27,851 bases of DNA from Verrucomicrobiota bacterium. GTDB taxonomy: Bacteria > Verrucomicrobiota > Verrucomicrobiia > Limisphaerales > SXQI01. The notes beneath the pieces are model-generated. The model searched no databases, had not been told where the DNA came from, and was given only the letters and a program-made list of their open reading frames with translations. Made by a program: the position numbers and the translations under genes. Below, in pieces: positions 8,281 to 17,327 of the stretch (its first letter is position 1; the number at the start of each line of letters is the position of its first letter). The stretch covers positions 1 through 27,851 of the forward strand of contig JANRLX010000013.1 in assembly GCA_033762115.1 (NCBI GenBank), given 5' to 3'.

Positions 8281-9039
8281 TCACCTCCGCTCAAGCACAA
8301 TCAGGCATCGCGCCCCGAAAACCCCTGGAAACTTTTCCAGTACCCGATCTGCTTTTTCGATCATTCCCAATGCTCCTGCGGGATAAAGCCCAGATTTGCT
8401 GAACCCGCCGGAGAGCAGATACGCAAAGCTTGTAATCACACGCCGCTCCGCGATTTTCCATCCATTCCCCAGCCAGTTGGTCTCACTCGCAAAAAAAAGC
8501 CGAGTCGCATTTCCCTGCGCCGCATAATAATTCCCTGGTTTTGCTCCCGTTGGCTCCAGATTGATTCTTTCCTTCATCCCCATCGGCTCATGATGAAAGG
8601 CATATGCCAATCGGCTGAACAGGCTGATATACGGATCGAAAATAATCAGGCGACCTCCCCGCCGAAGACAGCGTTCAGCTTCCGCAAGAAACATCGCTGG
8701 CTTTTCCAAATGATGGAACACATCAAACAACAGCAACGCCCCGATTGACTCCCCCGCAAACGGCATCGAATACCCGTCACATACCAAATCCATCCCGCGA
8801 TTGGGAAAAAGATCCGTACAAATCACCTCCTCTTTGTACTTCTTGAGGTTTCCCATCCCTGAACCCAGTTCCACAAAAGGGCCCTTTCCCACCGGAAGTT
8901 GACTGATGATCTGTCCGTAAAAACCATCGTAAATTCTCCGCAACAATTCCTTCTCTTCCCATCTGGCGCGGTTCTTCTCGATCTCACACCGATGCTGTTC
9001 CAGCTCTGTCTGACCTGGTGGATTTGTTGTTCCGTTCAC
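8281..9039 (-). CDS. Class I SAM-dependent methyltransferase
   Basis: VELGSGMG motif I, DVFHHL, CLRRGGRLII. GTG 9039 overlaps the upstream TGA (GTGA) and is preferred over 9069. Confidence 0.85.
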   Translation of the reverse strand: MNGTTNPPGQTELEQHRCEIEKNRARWEEKELLRRIYDGFYGQIISQLPVGKGPFVELGSGMGNLKKYKEEVICTDLFPNRGMDLVCDGYSMPFAGESIGALLLFDVFHHLEKPAMFLAEAERCLRRGGRLIIFDPYISLFSRLAYAFHHEPMGMKERINLEPTGAKPGNYYAAQGNATRLFFASETNWLGNGWKIAERRVITSFAYLLSGGFSKSGLYPAGALGMIEKADRVLEKFPGVFGARCLIVLERR

Positions 9040-10427
9040 AAAAATCGCAATCGTCTCGCGGCAAACCACACCATGCGTAACAATAATGCCCCATGTCTCC
9101 AGCGGTTGATGTTAGTGCTGCCGTAGCTCCGGGCCTGGTATCGAATCGGCAAATCGACAATTTTCAGATTCAATCGGCTTGCTCCAAAAAGCAGGTCGAA
9201 ATCCCCAAACGGATCAAACTCCCCGAAGTAACCTCGATTTTTTGCAATCTGATCATAATCAGACCGAAACAACACTTTCGTTCCGCATAAGGTGTCTTTC
9301 ACCGGTTGCCCGATCAGCCAGGTAAACGCCATGCTGAACATCTTGTTCGCAATCATGTTCAGGAACTGCATCGCCTGCTCCTCCATCGGATACACCAACC
9401 GGACCCCATTGACGAATTCGCCCCGGTTGCTCCGCGCCACTTCATAAAACTTCGGTAACTGCTCCGGTGGCATGGTCAGGTCGGCATCCAGGATAAAAAG
9501 CAACTCACCGCTCGCCACCGCGAACGCTTCCCGTACCGCTCCTCCCTTTCCTTTGCTTTGTTGCTTCACGGTCACGATTCGCCGCGTGGGAAATAAACTT
9601 TTCACCCGTTCAATCTCCTCCCACGTCCCGTCGCTGGAATGTCCTTCGATGAAAATAATCTCTGTTCCCTTTCCCATCTCTGGTGTGCGCCGCACCGCCG
9701 CCTCGATGTTCCCTGCTTCATTTCGCGCGGGGATCACGATTGAACAGGTAAACTCTCGTTTTTCCTCATGGCTTATCCGCGCCACCTGGAAAATCGTCAG
9801 GCACAACGAGGGCAGGATCGGCGCAAGCCATCGGTTGAATAATGGCGCCACCACCGGGATATTCATTGGGCATAAAATGCGCGTTTCCCCACGGATCATT
9901 TCCCACCCGCCGAGATGCAGCAGGTTTTTCATGTCATCGAAAGAGAGCCAGTTCTGCAACAACGTCGGTGCTTTCAGTCCCACTCCTTCCAACGCTCCCA
10001 ATAATGGCCGCCACACCTGGTTAAAAAAATTCAGCACCAGCCGCGTTCGTGGATGCGCCACCCTTCGCAATTGTTCCAGCAATTCCTGCACATCAGGCAG
10101 GTCGTTGACCAGGTCGGAAAGGATGATGAAATCGAAGCTGCCCAGCTTCTCAGGATCGATCTCACTGCCAACATAAAATTCAAGCCTTGGATGCCGCTTC
10201 CGCGCGATCTCGATCATGGCCGCGGAAAAATCAATCCCCACCCCGTGGGAAGGTTTGATCGCCCCCAATAAATCCCCGATTCCGCAGCCAACTTCCAATG
10301 TCCGTGCACCCGGTGGAACCAGGAAACGATAATACCGCTCCAGCAATCGGTGGTAATACCTTTTCAGTTCACGCGGTCGGAACGTCGCGCGTTCATCATG
10401 GAAAGACCGGCGATCAGGCATCCCCAT
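9036..10427 (-). CDS. Methyltransferase-domain / GT2 glycosyltransferase fusion (DPM1/polyprenol-phosphate glycosyltransferase-like)
   Basis: N-terminal LEVGCGIG...GIDFS. C-terminal SIVIPARNE, GKGGAV, ILDADL (DxD), DTLCGTK. Confidence 0.88.
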   Translation of the reverse strand: MGMPDRRSFHDERATFRPRELKRYYHRLLERYYRFLVPPGARTLEVGCGIGDLLGAIKPSHGVGIDFSAAMIEIARKRHPRLEFYVGSEIDPEKLGSFDFIILSDLVNDLPDVQELLEQLRRVAHPRTRLVLNFFNQVWRPLLGALEGVGLKAPTLLQNWLSFDDMKNLLHLGGWEMIRGETRILCPMNIPVVAPLFNRWLAPILPSLCLTIFQVARISHEEKREFTCSIVIPARNEAGNIEAAVRRTPEMGKGTEIIFIEGHSSDGTWEEIERVKSLFPTRRIVTVKQQSKGKGGAVREAFAVASGELLFILDADLTMPPEQLPKFYEVARSNRGEFVNGVRLVYPMEEQAMQFLNMIANKMFSMAFTWLIGQPVKDTLCGTKVLFRSDYDQIAKNRGYFGEFDPFGDFDLLFGASRLNLKIVDLPIRYQARSYGSTNINRWRHGALLLRMVWFAARRLRFL

Positions 10428-10504
10428 TTTTATATCCTTCCCAGCTGCGCTTCACCAAGCAAAACAATCGACTTGAAAGCCGCACGGCTTAACAATCACC
10501 CCGT

Positions 10505-12730
10505 CTGACTCTGATTCACCAAATAAATCATAATGCTTCGGGCGTTGAACGCTGGTTTTCACCACGTTACTTTGCCCTCGCGCTTGGCCTCCTCCTCTTC
10601 ACTCTTTTTCCTGATATACTGCTCGGTTTGCGCACCTTTTTCTTCCGCGACTATGCCATCTTTTCCTATCCGCTGGCGGCTCATCACCGGGACTCTTTCC
10701 TGGGCGGCGAACTTCCTCTCTGGAATCCCTACAACCATCTTGGCATCCCCTATCTGGCCCAATGGAACACCATGCTGTTCTATCCACTTTCATTGATTTA
10801 CCTCCTCTTGCCAGTACCCTGGTCGGTAAATCTTTTCTGCCTTGTCCATCTATATCTGGCCGGGCTGGGGCTTTACTTTTTGGTCCGTTTTCTTTGCCGA
10901 TCCAACATCGCCGCCGCCATTTCAGGAGTTCTTTTCACCTTCAACGGCTTCAGCCTGAGTTGCGTTAAATGGACCAATAACATCGCCGCCCTGGGCCTGC
11001 TCCCCTGGGTTCTGCTCTCAATCATTCTTCTCTTTAAATCTCCCAACCGCCGCACCTTCTCCCTTGCTGCCATCGCCGCTGTCTTTCAAATGCTCAGCGG
11101 CGCGCCAGAATTGATCATTCTCACCTGGCTGATTGTTTTCGCCCTGATGATCGGGAGTGATCTCGGCACCCTTCGCTCCCGCTTCTGTTCCATCGCGGCT
11201 CTTGTGCCGCTGGTCGCCGCGCTTGCAGCCATCCAGTTGCTCCCGTTTCTTGACCTCCTTGCCCATTCGCAGCGAAACAGTAACTACGCCGCTTCGGAAT
11301 GGTCCATGCCCATCTGGGGCTGGGCCAATTTCCTCGTGCCGCTCTTTCGCACCTTTCCTTCCTACCACGGTGTCGTTGCCCAACCGGAACAATATTGGAT
11401 CTCCACTTACTATCTTTCCTTGCCCGGTCTGCTGCTCGCCCTTGTCGCTCTTTTTCTTAAGGGAAATCGCCACATCTTCATTTTTTCCGGGCTTGCGCTT
11501 GCAGGCCTGCTCCTTTGCCTGGGTGACGCTGCCCTCATTTACAAATTATTGCGTGAATCCATTCCCGCTCTCGGGTTCATGCGCTATCCCATCAAATTCA
11601 TCCTGCTTCCCATCGTTGCCTTTTCCATTATGGCTGGCTACGGCGCTGCCCATTTGTTGACTGGCGCTGCTTCACCTCGCCGGCTTTACACCATCTCCGG
11701 CGCTCTCGCCATACTGACTCTCCTGGTCACTTTCATCGGCTGGCAGAAACCTCTTCCCGAGGAAATCCCTTCCGCCACTCTCACCAATGGTTTGATCCGG
11801 ATTGCCTGGCTCCTCCCTGGCACGCTGCTTTCCATCTGGCTTCTAAAACATCGCAATCTTCCCTTCGCCACGCTTGCCTTCATCATGCTGCTCTATCTCG
11901 ACTCCATCACTCATGCTCCAAATCATAATCCTCGCGCCAGCATCTGGGGATTTGACCGGGGCACGCTCGAACTCGCCTCCCCACCGAAGCTTGGACAAAC
12001 CCGCGCCATGATCAGCCCCGGCGCCAACTGGCGGATGGATCACCAGCTTTTTAACGATCCGAACAACGACCTCCTGACCAGTCGACTGGGCCTTTTTGCA
12101 AACATCAACCTCATTGATCGCATTCCCAAGGTGGACGGTTTCTTTTCCCTGGAACCACCCCATTCTGCTGAATTCCAAAAAATTCTTTATGGCTCAACCA
12201 ATGCCTTTTATCCCTCGCTCCTGGCTTTCATCGGCGTCGGTCCATGGAGCAATCCAAATCAACCCATCGAATGGCAGCAGCGTCCCGGCATGCCTCTCCT
12301 CACCGGCGGTCAGGCAGTTATTGAATACAGCAGGGAACAGTTGCTGAAAACCGATCTTGCCCGTGCTGTGCTGATCTCAAATGTCACAGCATCACCCCTT
12401 GCAGGGAGGGAACCAGCTGCTTTTACCATTCTTTCCAGCAACCTTCAGCCACATCGGATTCTGGTCCAGGCAGAGGCGGACAGGGATACCGTCCTGGTCA
12501 TCGCGCAAACCCATTATCATTGGTGGAACGCCACTGTGGATGGAACTGCTGTCCCGTTGCTCAAAGCCAATCTGGCTTTTCAGGCCCTCCCCTTTCCAAA
12601 AGGCAGGCACACCGTCGAACTCCGTTATCAGGATCAATCGTTCAGGATCGGCTTCCTCATTTCAGCCATTGCAACTCTCTTTCTCCTTGGGTTAATCCTC
12701 TCGCACAAACGTTCAATGCCGACACAATGA
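10505..12730 (+). CDS. YfhO-like (GT-C fold) multi-pass membrane glycosyltransferase, paralog 1; start uncertain
   Basis: FFRD, GELPLWNPY..G.P, YP, many TM segments and C-terminal WNATVDG...AN.AFQAL.FPKGRHTVELRY. The frame is open from 10493, but the first canonical start is TTG 10628, downstream of a conserved TM helix. Confidence 0.8.
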   Translation: MTLIHQINHNASGVERWFSPRYFALALGLLLFTLFPDILLGLRTFFFRDYAIFSYPLAAHHRDSFLGGELPLWNPYNHLGIPYLAQWNTMLFYPLSLIYLLLPVPWSVNLFCLVHLYLAGLGLYFLVRFLCRSNIAAAISGVLFTFNGFSLSCVKWTNNIAALGLLPWVLLSIILLFKSPNRRTFSLAAIAAVFQMLSGAPELIILTWLIVFALMIGSDLGTLRSRFCSIAALVPLVAALAAIQLLPFLDLLAHSQRNSNYAASEWSMPIWGWANFLVPLFRTFPSYHGVVAQPEQYWISTYYLSLPGLLLALVALFLKGNRHIFIFSGLALAGLLLCLGDAALIYKLLRESIPALGFMRYPIKFILLPIVAFSIMAGYGAAHLLTGAASPRRLYTISGALAILTLLVTFIGWQKPLPEEIPSATLTNGLIRIAWLLPGTLLSIWLLKHRNLPFATLAFIMLLYLDSITHAPNHNPRASIWGFDRGTLELASPPKLGQTRAMISPGANWRMDHQLFNDPNNDLLTSRLGLFANINLIDRIPKVDGFFSLEPPHSAEFQKILYGSTNAFYPSLLAFIGVGPWSNPNQPIEWQQRPGMPLLTGGQAVIEYSREQLLKTDLARAVLISNVTASPLAGREPAAFTILSSNLQPHRILVQAEADRDTVLVIAQTHYHWWNATVDGTAVPLLKANLAFQALPFPKGRHTVELRYQDQSFRIGFLISAIATLFLLGLILSHKRSMPTQ

Positions 12731-14946
12731 ACTTTCAATTTCCTCCCCTCCCGGATTTCCGCACGCGGCATCTCATTTTGTTGCTCGCCCTTCTGTTGCT
12801 CCTCGCTTTTCCCGGGCCCATGCTGGGTTATCACACTTTTTTCTATCGTGATTTCGGCGTGATGGGCTACCCCACTGTTGACTATCACAAAAATTCCCTC
12901 TGGTCAGGAGAATTGCCGCTTTGGAATCCCTACAGCAATTGCGGTGTTCCCTTTCTCGCCCAATGGGGGACGCTGGTTCTCTACCCCGGCAGCCTGATCT
13001 ACCTGCTCCTGCCCCTTCCCTGGTCAGTCAATTTCTTTTGTCTGCTTCATCTGCTGCTCGCAGGCGTCGGGATGTTTCGTCTCGCAAGGAATTGCACCCG
13101 TTCCACCTTCGCTTCCATTGTCGCAGCGCTGCTTTTTCTTTTCAGCGGCGTGACCCTCGCCAGCCTTCAATGGATCAATTACACCGTGGCCATCGGATGG
13201 ATGCCCTGGGTTGTTCTCACCGTGCGACAAGCCTGGCTTAAAGGCGGCAAAGCCCTCTCCATTGCCGCTCTCGTTTGCTCCATGCAACTGCTCGCGGGAG
13301 TTCCTGAACTGGTTTTCCTCACCGCCCTCGCGCTCCTCCCCTTTTGGATCATTGATCTGCATCACAAAAATCTGCGCATCCCCGCTCTCTATCGCCCGCT
13401 CCTCATTGCCCTGCTCGTTTTTGGCCTGACTGCGGCTCAGATGCTCCCATTCCTGGATCTTCTTTCCATCTCTCAACGGAACCCTGCTGCCGCCACTGGA
13501 AAATGGGCGCTCCCCGCCTGGGGCTGGGCAAATTTCCTCGTCCCCCTTTTCCACACCTTCAACACTCCTGAAGGAACCACGTTCCAAACCGGACAGGAAT
13601 TCCTCTCCTCCACATACATCGGCCCAATCACCTTGACCCTCGCCCTCTGCACCCTTTTATGGGCGCGCAATTTCCTGACAGTTTCCCTCGCCCTCATGGC
13701 GCTGTTTGGCTCGGTCATGGCCCTCGGCGATTCCGGTTTCCTTTACTCTGCCATTCGTGAACTGATCCCCTTCATCGGCATCGCCCGCTTCCCTGTGAAA
13801 TTTCTCTTTCTTTCTGCGTTCCTTCTCCCACTCCTTGCCGGGTTTGCCGTTGCTGCATGGAAAAATTCCGAAACTCCCGCCTCCCAACGAAACAGTTTCA
13901 TCAAAATTGCCACCTTCTTTTCCCTGGTCATGATTGCAATTCTGGCCTGGCAACACTTCAAACCATTCCCATACGACCGGTGGGATGAAACTCTCCGAAA
14001 CACCTTCGCTCGGCTCGGAATTCTCGTCGCGTTCGCCTGGCTGATTTCCGACTTCCTCACCCGACCCAGCGCTCCGAAATCAATCGGAATTCTTCTGCTC
14101 CTGTTAATTGCGCTTGATGGCCGTTTTCACCTCCCCAACCAAAACCCGGTGATTGCTCCCTCCGTTTTTCTCGAACCCATTCCCGCCCACGCCCCGAAAC
14201 TCGGCCAGGGTCGCGCCTTTATCACCCCTTCTGCCGAAAAAGCGCTTCTCCATAGCAGTGTCAAAAACCCCATGACCGACATGCTCGGCAAACGAATGGC
14301 ATTCTGGTCTCATCTGAATCTCCTCGGAACTGTCCCCAAGGTAAATGGTTCCGCCACCCTTCGCCTCCGCGAACAGGTTGAATTCCAAAAAGCTCTCTAT
14401 CAGATGCCCGATTACGCTGCGACCAATCTCCTCGATTTTCTCGGTGTGACCTTCATCACCGCTCCCGGCAAAGTCGTGGAATGGGCCACCCGTCCCGCTT
14501 CCCCGCTCATTTCAAGTGTGACAAATGTCCAGTTCCTCCCGCCCGATTCTCTTCTCGCCACCCTCACCAATGGCCTTGATCTTGCCTCAACCGCCCTGCT
14601 CGAACCCGGCGAAGCTTCTTTCCCTCCACTGGCTCAATCCACCATCTCCGATGTTCAATTCACCCCTCATGTAATTACTGGTTCAATTTCAAATACAGGC
14701 CCTGCACTCCTGGTTATCGCCCAAAGCTTTAACGCTAACTGGAAAGCGTTTCAGGATGGCAACTCTGCCCCTCTGCTCCGAGTGAACCATGCCTTTACCG
14801 GGCTCCTGCTTCAGCCCGGAACAAAAAATTTCCGTTTTGTTTACGAAGATCGCTCCTTCCGCTGGGGGGCAATCATCTCACTGATAACCCTTTGTTTCAC
14901 CATTTCCCACTTGTTCCCACTTCGCCGCATCACCGTCCCACAATGA
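12727..14946 (+). CDS. YfhO-like (GT-C fold) membrane glycosyltransferase, paralog 2
   Basis: Same motifs (FFYRD, GELPLWNPY, WGWANFLVPLF, WKAFQDG...VNHAF). ATG 12727 overlaps the paralog-1 stop (ATGA), so the track's start at 12520 is over-extended. Confidence 0.85.
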   Translation: MNFQFPPLPDFRTRHLILLLALLLLLAFPGPMLGYHTFFYRDFGVMGYPTVDYHKNSLWSGELPLWNPYSNCGVPFLAQWGTLVLYPGSLIYLLLPLPWSVNFFCLLHLLLAGVGMFRLARNCTRSTFASIVAALLFLFSGVTLASLQWINYTVAIGWMPWVVLTVRQAWLKGGKALSIAALVCSMQLLAGVPELVFLTALALLPFWIIDLHHKNLRIPALYRPLLIALLVFGLTAAQMLPFLDLLSISQRNPAAATGKWALPAWGWANFLVPLFHTFNTPEGTTFQTGQEFLSSTYIGPITLTLALCTLLWARNFLTVSLALMALFGSVMALGDSGFLYSAIRELIPFIGIARFPVKFLFLSAFLLPLLAGFAVAAWKNSETPASQRNSFIKIATFFSLVMIAILAWQHFKPFPYDRWDETLRNTFARLGILVAFAWLISDFLTRPSAPKSIGILLLLLIALDGRFHLPNQNPVIAPSVFLEPIPAHAPKLGQGRAFITPSAEKALLHSSVKNPMTDMLGKRMAFWSHLNLLGTVPKVNGSATLRLREQVEFQKALYQMPDYAATNLLDFLGVTFITAPGKVVEWATRPASPLISSVTNVQFLPPDSLLATLTNGLDLASTALLEPGEASFPPLAQSTISDVQFTPHVITGSISNTGPALLVIAQSFNANWKAFQDGNSAPLLRVNHAFTGLLLQPGTKNFRFVYEDRSFRWGAIISLITLCFTISHLFPLRRITVPQ

Positions 14947-17324
14947 ATTTTTATCATAAATACTTAATAACAAGCATCTTATGTATCATCTTCCTGTTTT
15001 CAACCGGATGTGAAACGGGATCTCGTCCCACTTCCCGCTTTCCACACACCCCGGTTCCTCCCGCCCTGATCAGCTCAAACCTCCCCGCTCTCGACCAGGC
15101 CCTGGAGCAGGCGGTCATCGAAAACAAAGCCCCCGGATTTCTCCTCTGGCTTGAGAGGAATAGTCAAACTTACATTACCGTTAAAGGGAATCGGGCCATC
15201 CTCCCCCACGTCGAACCGATGACCCGCGATACCATCTTCGATGCCGCCTCACTGACCAAGGTAATTGCCACCACCCCTACCATTCTCCTGCTGATCGAAC
15301 GTGGAAAACTTTCACTGGATGACCCCGTCTCGCGTCACTGGCCGGAGTTCGCTCCAGGCAAGGAATCCATTACCATTCGCCACCTCCTCACCCATACCTC
15401 CGGTCTTCGAGCTGGTTTGCCCGTTCGCACGAACGAAGGCCTTGCTGCCTTCGTTAAACGACTGGAAGCTGAAAAGCCGCAAACTGTTCCCGGCAGCGAC
15501 TTTCTTTACAGTGACCTGAACTTCATCGCCTTGGGTGAGTTGGTTCATCGTGTTTCAGGAGAACCACTCGACCGCTTTGCCACTCGTGAACTTTTTCAAA
15601 AGCTCGGCATGGCCGATACCTTCTTCATCCCCCTCGAAAAAGGTTCTTCAACTCTTTCAACCGGAATCATTTCCCGGATCGCTCCCACCGAACGCCTGCC
15701 GGATCAGCAGGTTCTTCGAGGGATTGTTCATGATCCCACTGCTCGGGCCATCGGCGGGGTTGCCGGGCACGCTGGCCTTTTCACCACAGCAGCTGATCTG
15801 GCCCGTTTCGCCAGGATGTTACTGAACGATGGTGAACTGGAGGGAGTCACTCTGTTCAAGCCGGAAACAGTTCGATTAATGACCACTGTCCAGACTCCCC
15901 CCTCGGTTGAAGCTCGGCGCGGCCTGGGCTGGGACATCGATTCACCTTACGCCACCCCGCGCGGAAAGTTTTTTCCCATTGGCTCTTACGGCCATACCGG
16001 CTGGACCGGCAGTTCCCTCTGGATCGATCCCTTTTCGAGGACGTTTATTATTCTCCTTTCCAACCGCAATCACCCCTCCGGTGGGGATGTTGTGGAACTT
16101 CGTTCCACTATTGCCACCCTCGCCGCCAAAGCTGTTGCGGATTTTGATTTTTCCAACGTTCATGGCGTCTTGCCCCCTCTCGCAAAACAGAATGAAAGAC
16201 AGGTGTTGAATGGAATCGATGTCTTGAAGCAGGAAAAGTTCAAATCATTGCGTGGTTTTAAAATCGGTTTAATTACCAATCACACCGGGCGTGACCGGGA
16301 ACGAAATCTCACCATCGACCTGTTGCATCATGCTGAAGGGGTCGAATTAAAAGCCTTGTTTGGGCCGGAGCATGGCATTCGCGGAACGTTGGATGAGAAA
16401 GTCGGGGACAGTGTGGACCAGACCACCGGCCTGCCTGTTTACAGTTTGTACGGGGAACGCCGTTCTCCCACCCCGCAGCAACTCGCCGGACTGGATGCGC
16501 TTCTGTTTGATATTCAGGATATTGGCTGCCGTTTTTATACCTATCTTTCCACCATGGGAAATTGCATGGAAGCAGCTTCCAGGGCAGGTCTTCGATTTAT
16601 CGTTTTGGATCGGGTCAATCCAATCAATGCTGTGTCTGTTGAAGGACCGGTTCGCCAGGGGGAAAGTCGTTTCACCGCCTATCACGATATTCCATTGCGT
16701 CATGGAATGACCGCCGGGGAGCTGGCTCGTATGTTCAAGGAAGAACGGAAATTGTCGCTCGATTTGACCGTTGTTCAAATCAGGAACTGGAAACGCTCCC
16801 AATATTTCGATGAAACCGGACTTCCCTGGATCAATCCCTCTCCAAATATGCGGAACCTGACCCAGGCAATTCTTTACCCGGGAATTGGTTTGCTGGAATT
16901 TTCCACATTGTCCGTGGGACGAGGCACGGACACACCATTTGAAATCATTGGGGCACCTTACATCAATGGCCTTCAATTGGCGGAAGAGCTCAATCGCGCC
17001 GGACTTCCCGGAGTTTCGTTTCTGCCGGTCCAATTCATGCCCAAAAGCAGCGTTTATCAGGGAACCAACTGTCATGGGGTGAATATCCTGTTGCTGGACC
17101 GCAACCAGTACCAGCCAGTATTGGCTGGATTGGAAATCGCCCGGACCTTGCATCGGCTCTACGGAGAAAAATTCACCCTGCATCGTCTCGACACCCTGCT
17201 TCAACACCCTGAAACAATAGAAGGCATCCGGGCTGGTAAAACGTTGCAGGAACTACAGCAGGAATGGACGGAGGAACTGACTCGTTTTAAATCGCGGCGA
17301 GCCAGGTTCCTGATCTATAACTGA
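14943..17324 (+). CDS. Lipoprotein: beta-lactamase-fold serine hydrolase (AmiE-like) fused to exo-beta-N-acetylmuramidase NamZ (DUF1343)
   Basis: Lipobox-like STGC. SxxK (ASLTK), LLTHTSGL, YSD, GHTGWTG. Then GLITNHTG, FGPEHG, DIQDIGCRFYTY, RHGMT.GE, PSPN, SVGRGT. ATGA overlap gives start 14943. Confidence 0.9.
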   Translation: MNFYHKYLITSILCIIFLFSTGCETGSRPTSRFPHTPVPPALISSNLPALDQALEQAVIENKAPGFLLWLERNSQTYITVKGNRAILPHVEPMTRDTIFDAASLTKVIATTPTILLLIERGKLSLDDPVSRHWPEFAPGKESITIRHLLTHTSGLRAGLPVRTNEGLAAFVKRLEAEKPQTVPGSDFLYSDLNFIALGELVHRVSGEPLDRFATRELFQKLGMADTFFIPLEKGSSTLSTGIISRIAPTERLPDQQVLRGIVHDPTARAIGGVAGHAGLFTTAADLARFARMLLNDGELEGVTLFKPETVRLMTTVQTPPSVEARRGLGWDIDSPYATPRGKFFPIGSYGHTGWTGSSLWIDPFSRTFIILLSNRNHPSGGDVVELRSTIATLAAKAVADFDFSNVHGVLPPLAKQNERQVLNGIDVLKQEKFKSLRGFKIGLITNHTGRDRERNLTIDLLHHAEGVELKALFGPEHGIRGTLDEKVGDSVDQTTGLPVYSLYGERRSPTPQQLAGLDALLFDIQDIGCRFYTYLSTMGNCMEAASRAGLRFIVLDRVNPINAVSVEGPVRQGESRFTAYHDIPLRHGMTAGELARMFKEERKLSLDLTVVQIRNWKRSQYFDETGLPWINPSPNMRNLTQAILYPGIGLLEFSTLSVGRGTDTPFEIIGAPYINGLQLAEELNRAGLPGVSFLPVQFMPKSSVYQGTNCHGVNILLLDRNQYQPVLAGLEIARTLHRLYGEKFTLHRLDTLLQHPETIEGIRAGKTLQELQQEWTEELTRFKSRRARFLIYN

Positions 17325-17327
17325 ACC

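Noticed and set aside
10533..10796. 87-aa ORF overlapping the YfhO1 start
   Set aside because: It is out of frame with the conserved YfhO sequence and has no independent support, except as a possible frameshifted start.
12520..12726. N-terminal extensions of YfhO2 (from 12520), the hydrolase (from 14892) and the methyltransferase (from 9069)
   Set aside because: They overlap upstream genes. ATGA/GTGA coupled starts and signal or TM placement support the shorter starts.
14949..14989. dif-like Xer site near the skew change (TTATGTATCAT on plus, TTATGATAAAA on minus)
   Set aside because: Only half-site resemblance. The spacer would be 8 nt rather than 6, or the XerC arm is missing. It lies in an AT-rich signal-peptide coding region.
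14943..16200. Beta-lactamase resistance gene
   Set aside because: Fold-level similarity only. YSD instead of YxN and fusion to NamZ point to a peptidoglycan amidase/esterase.
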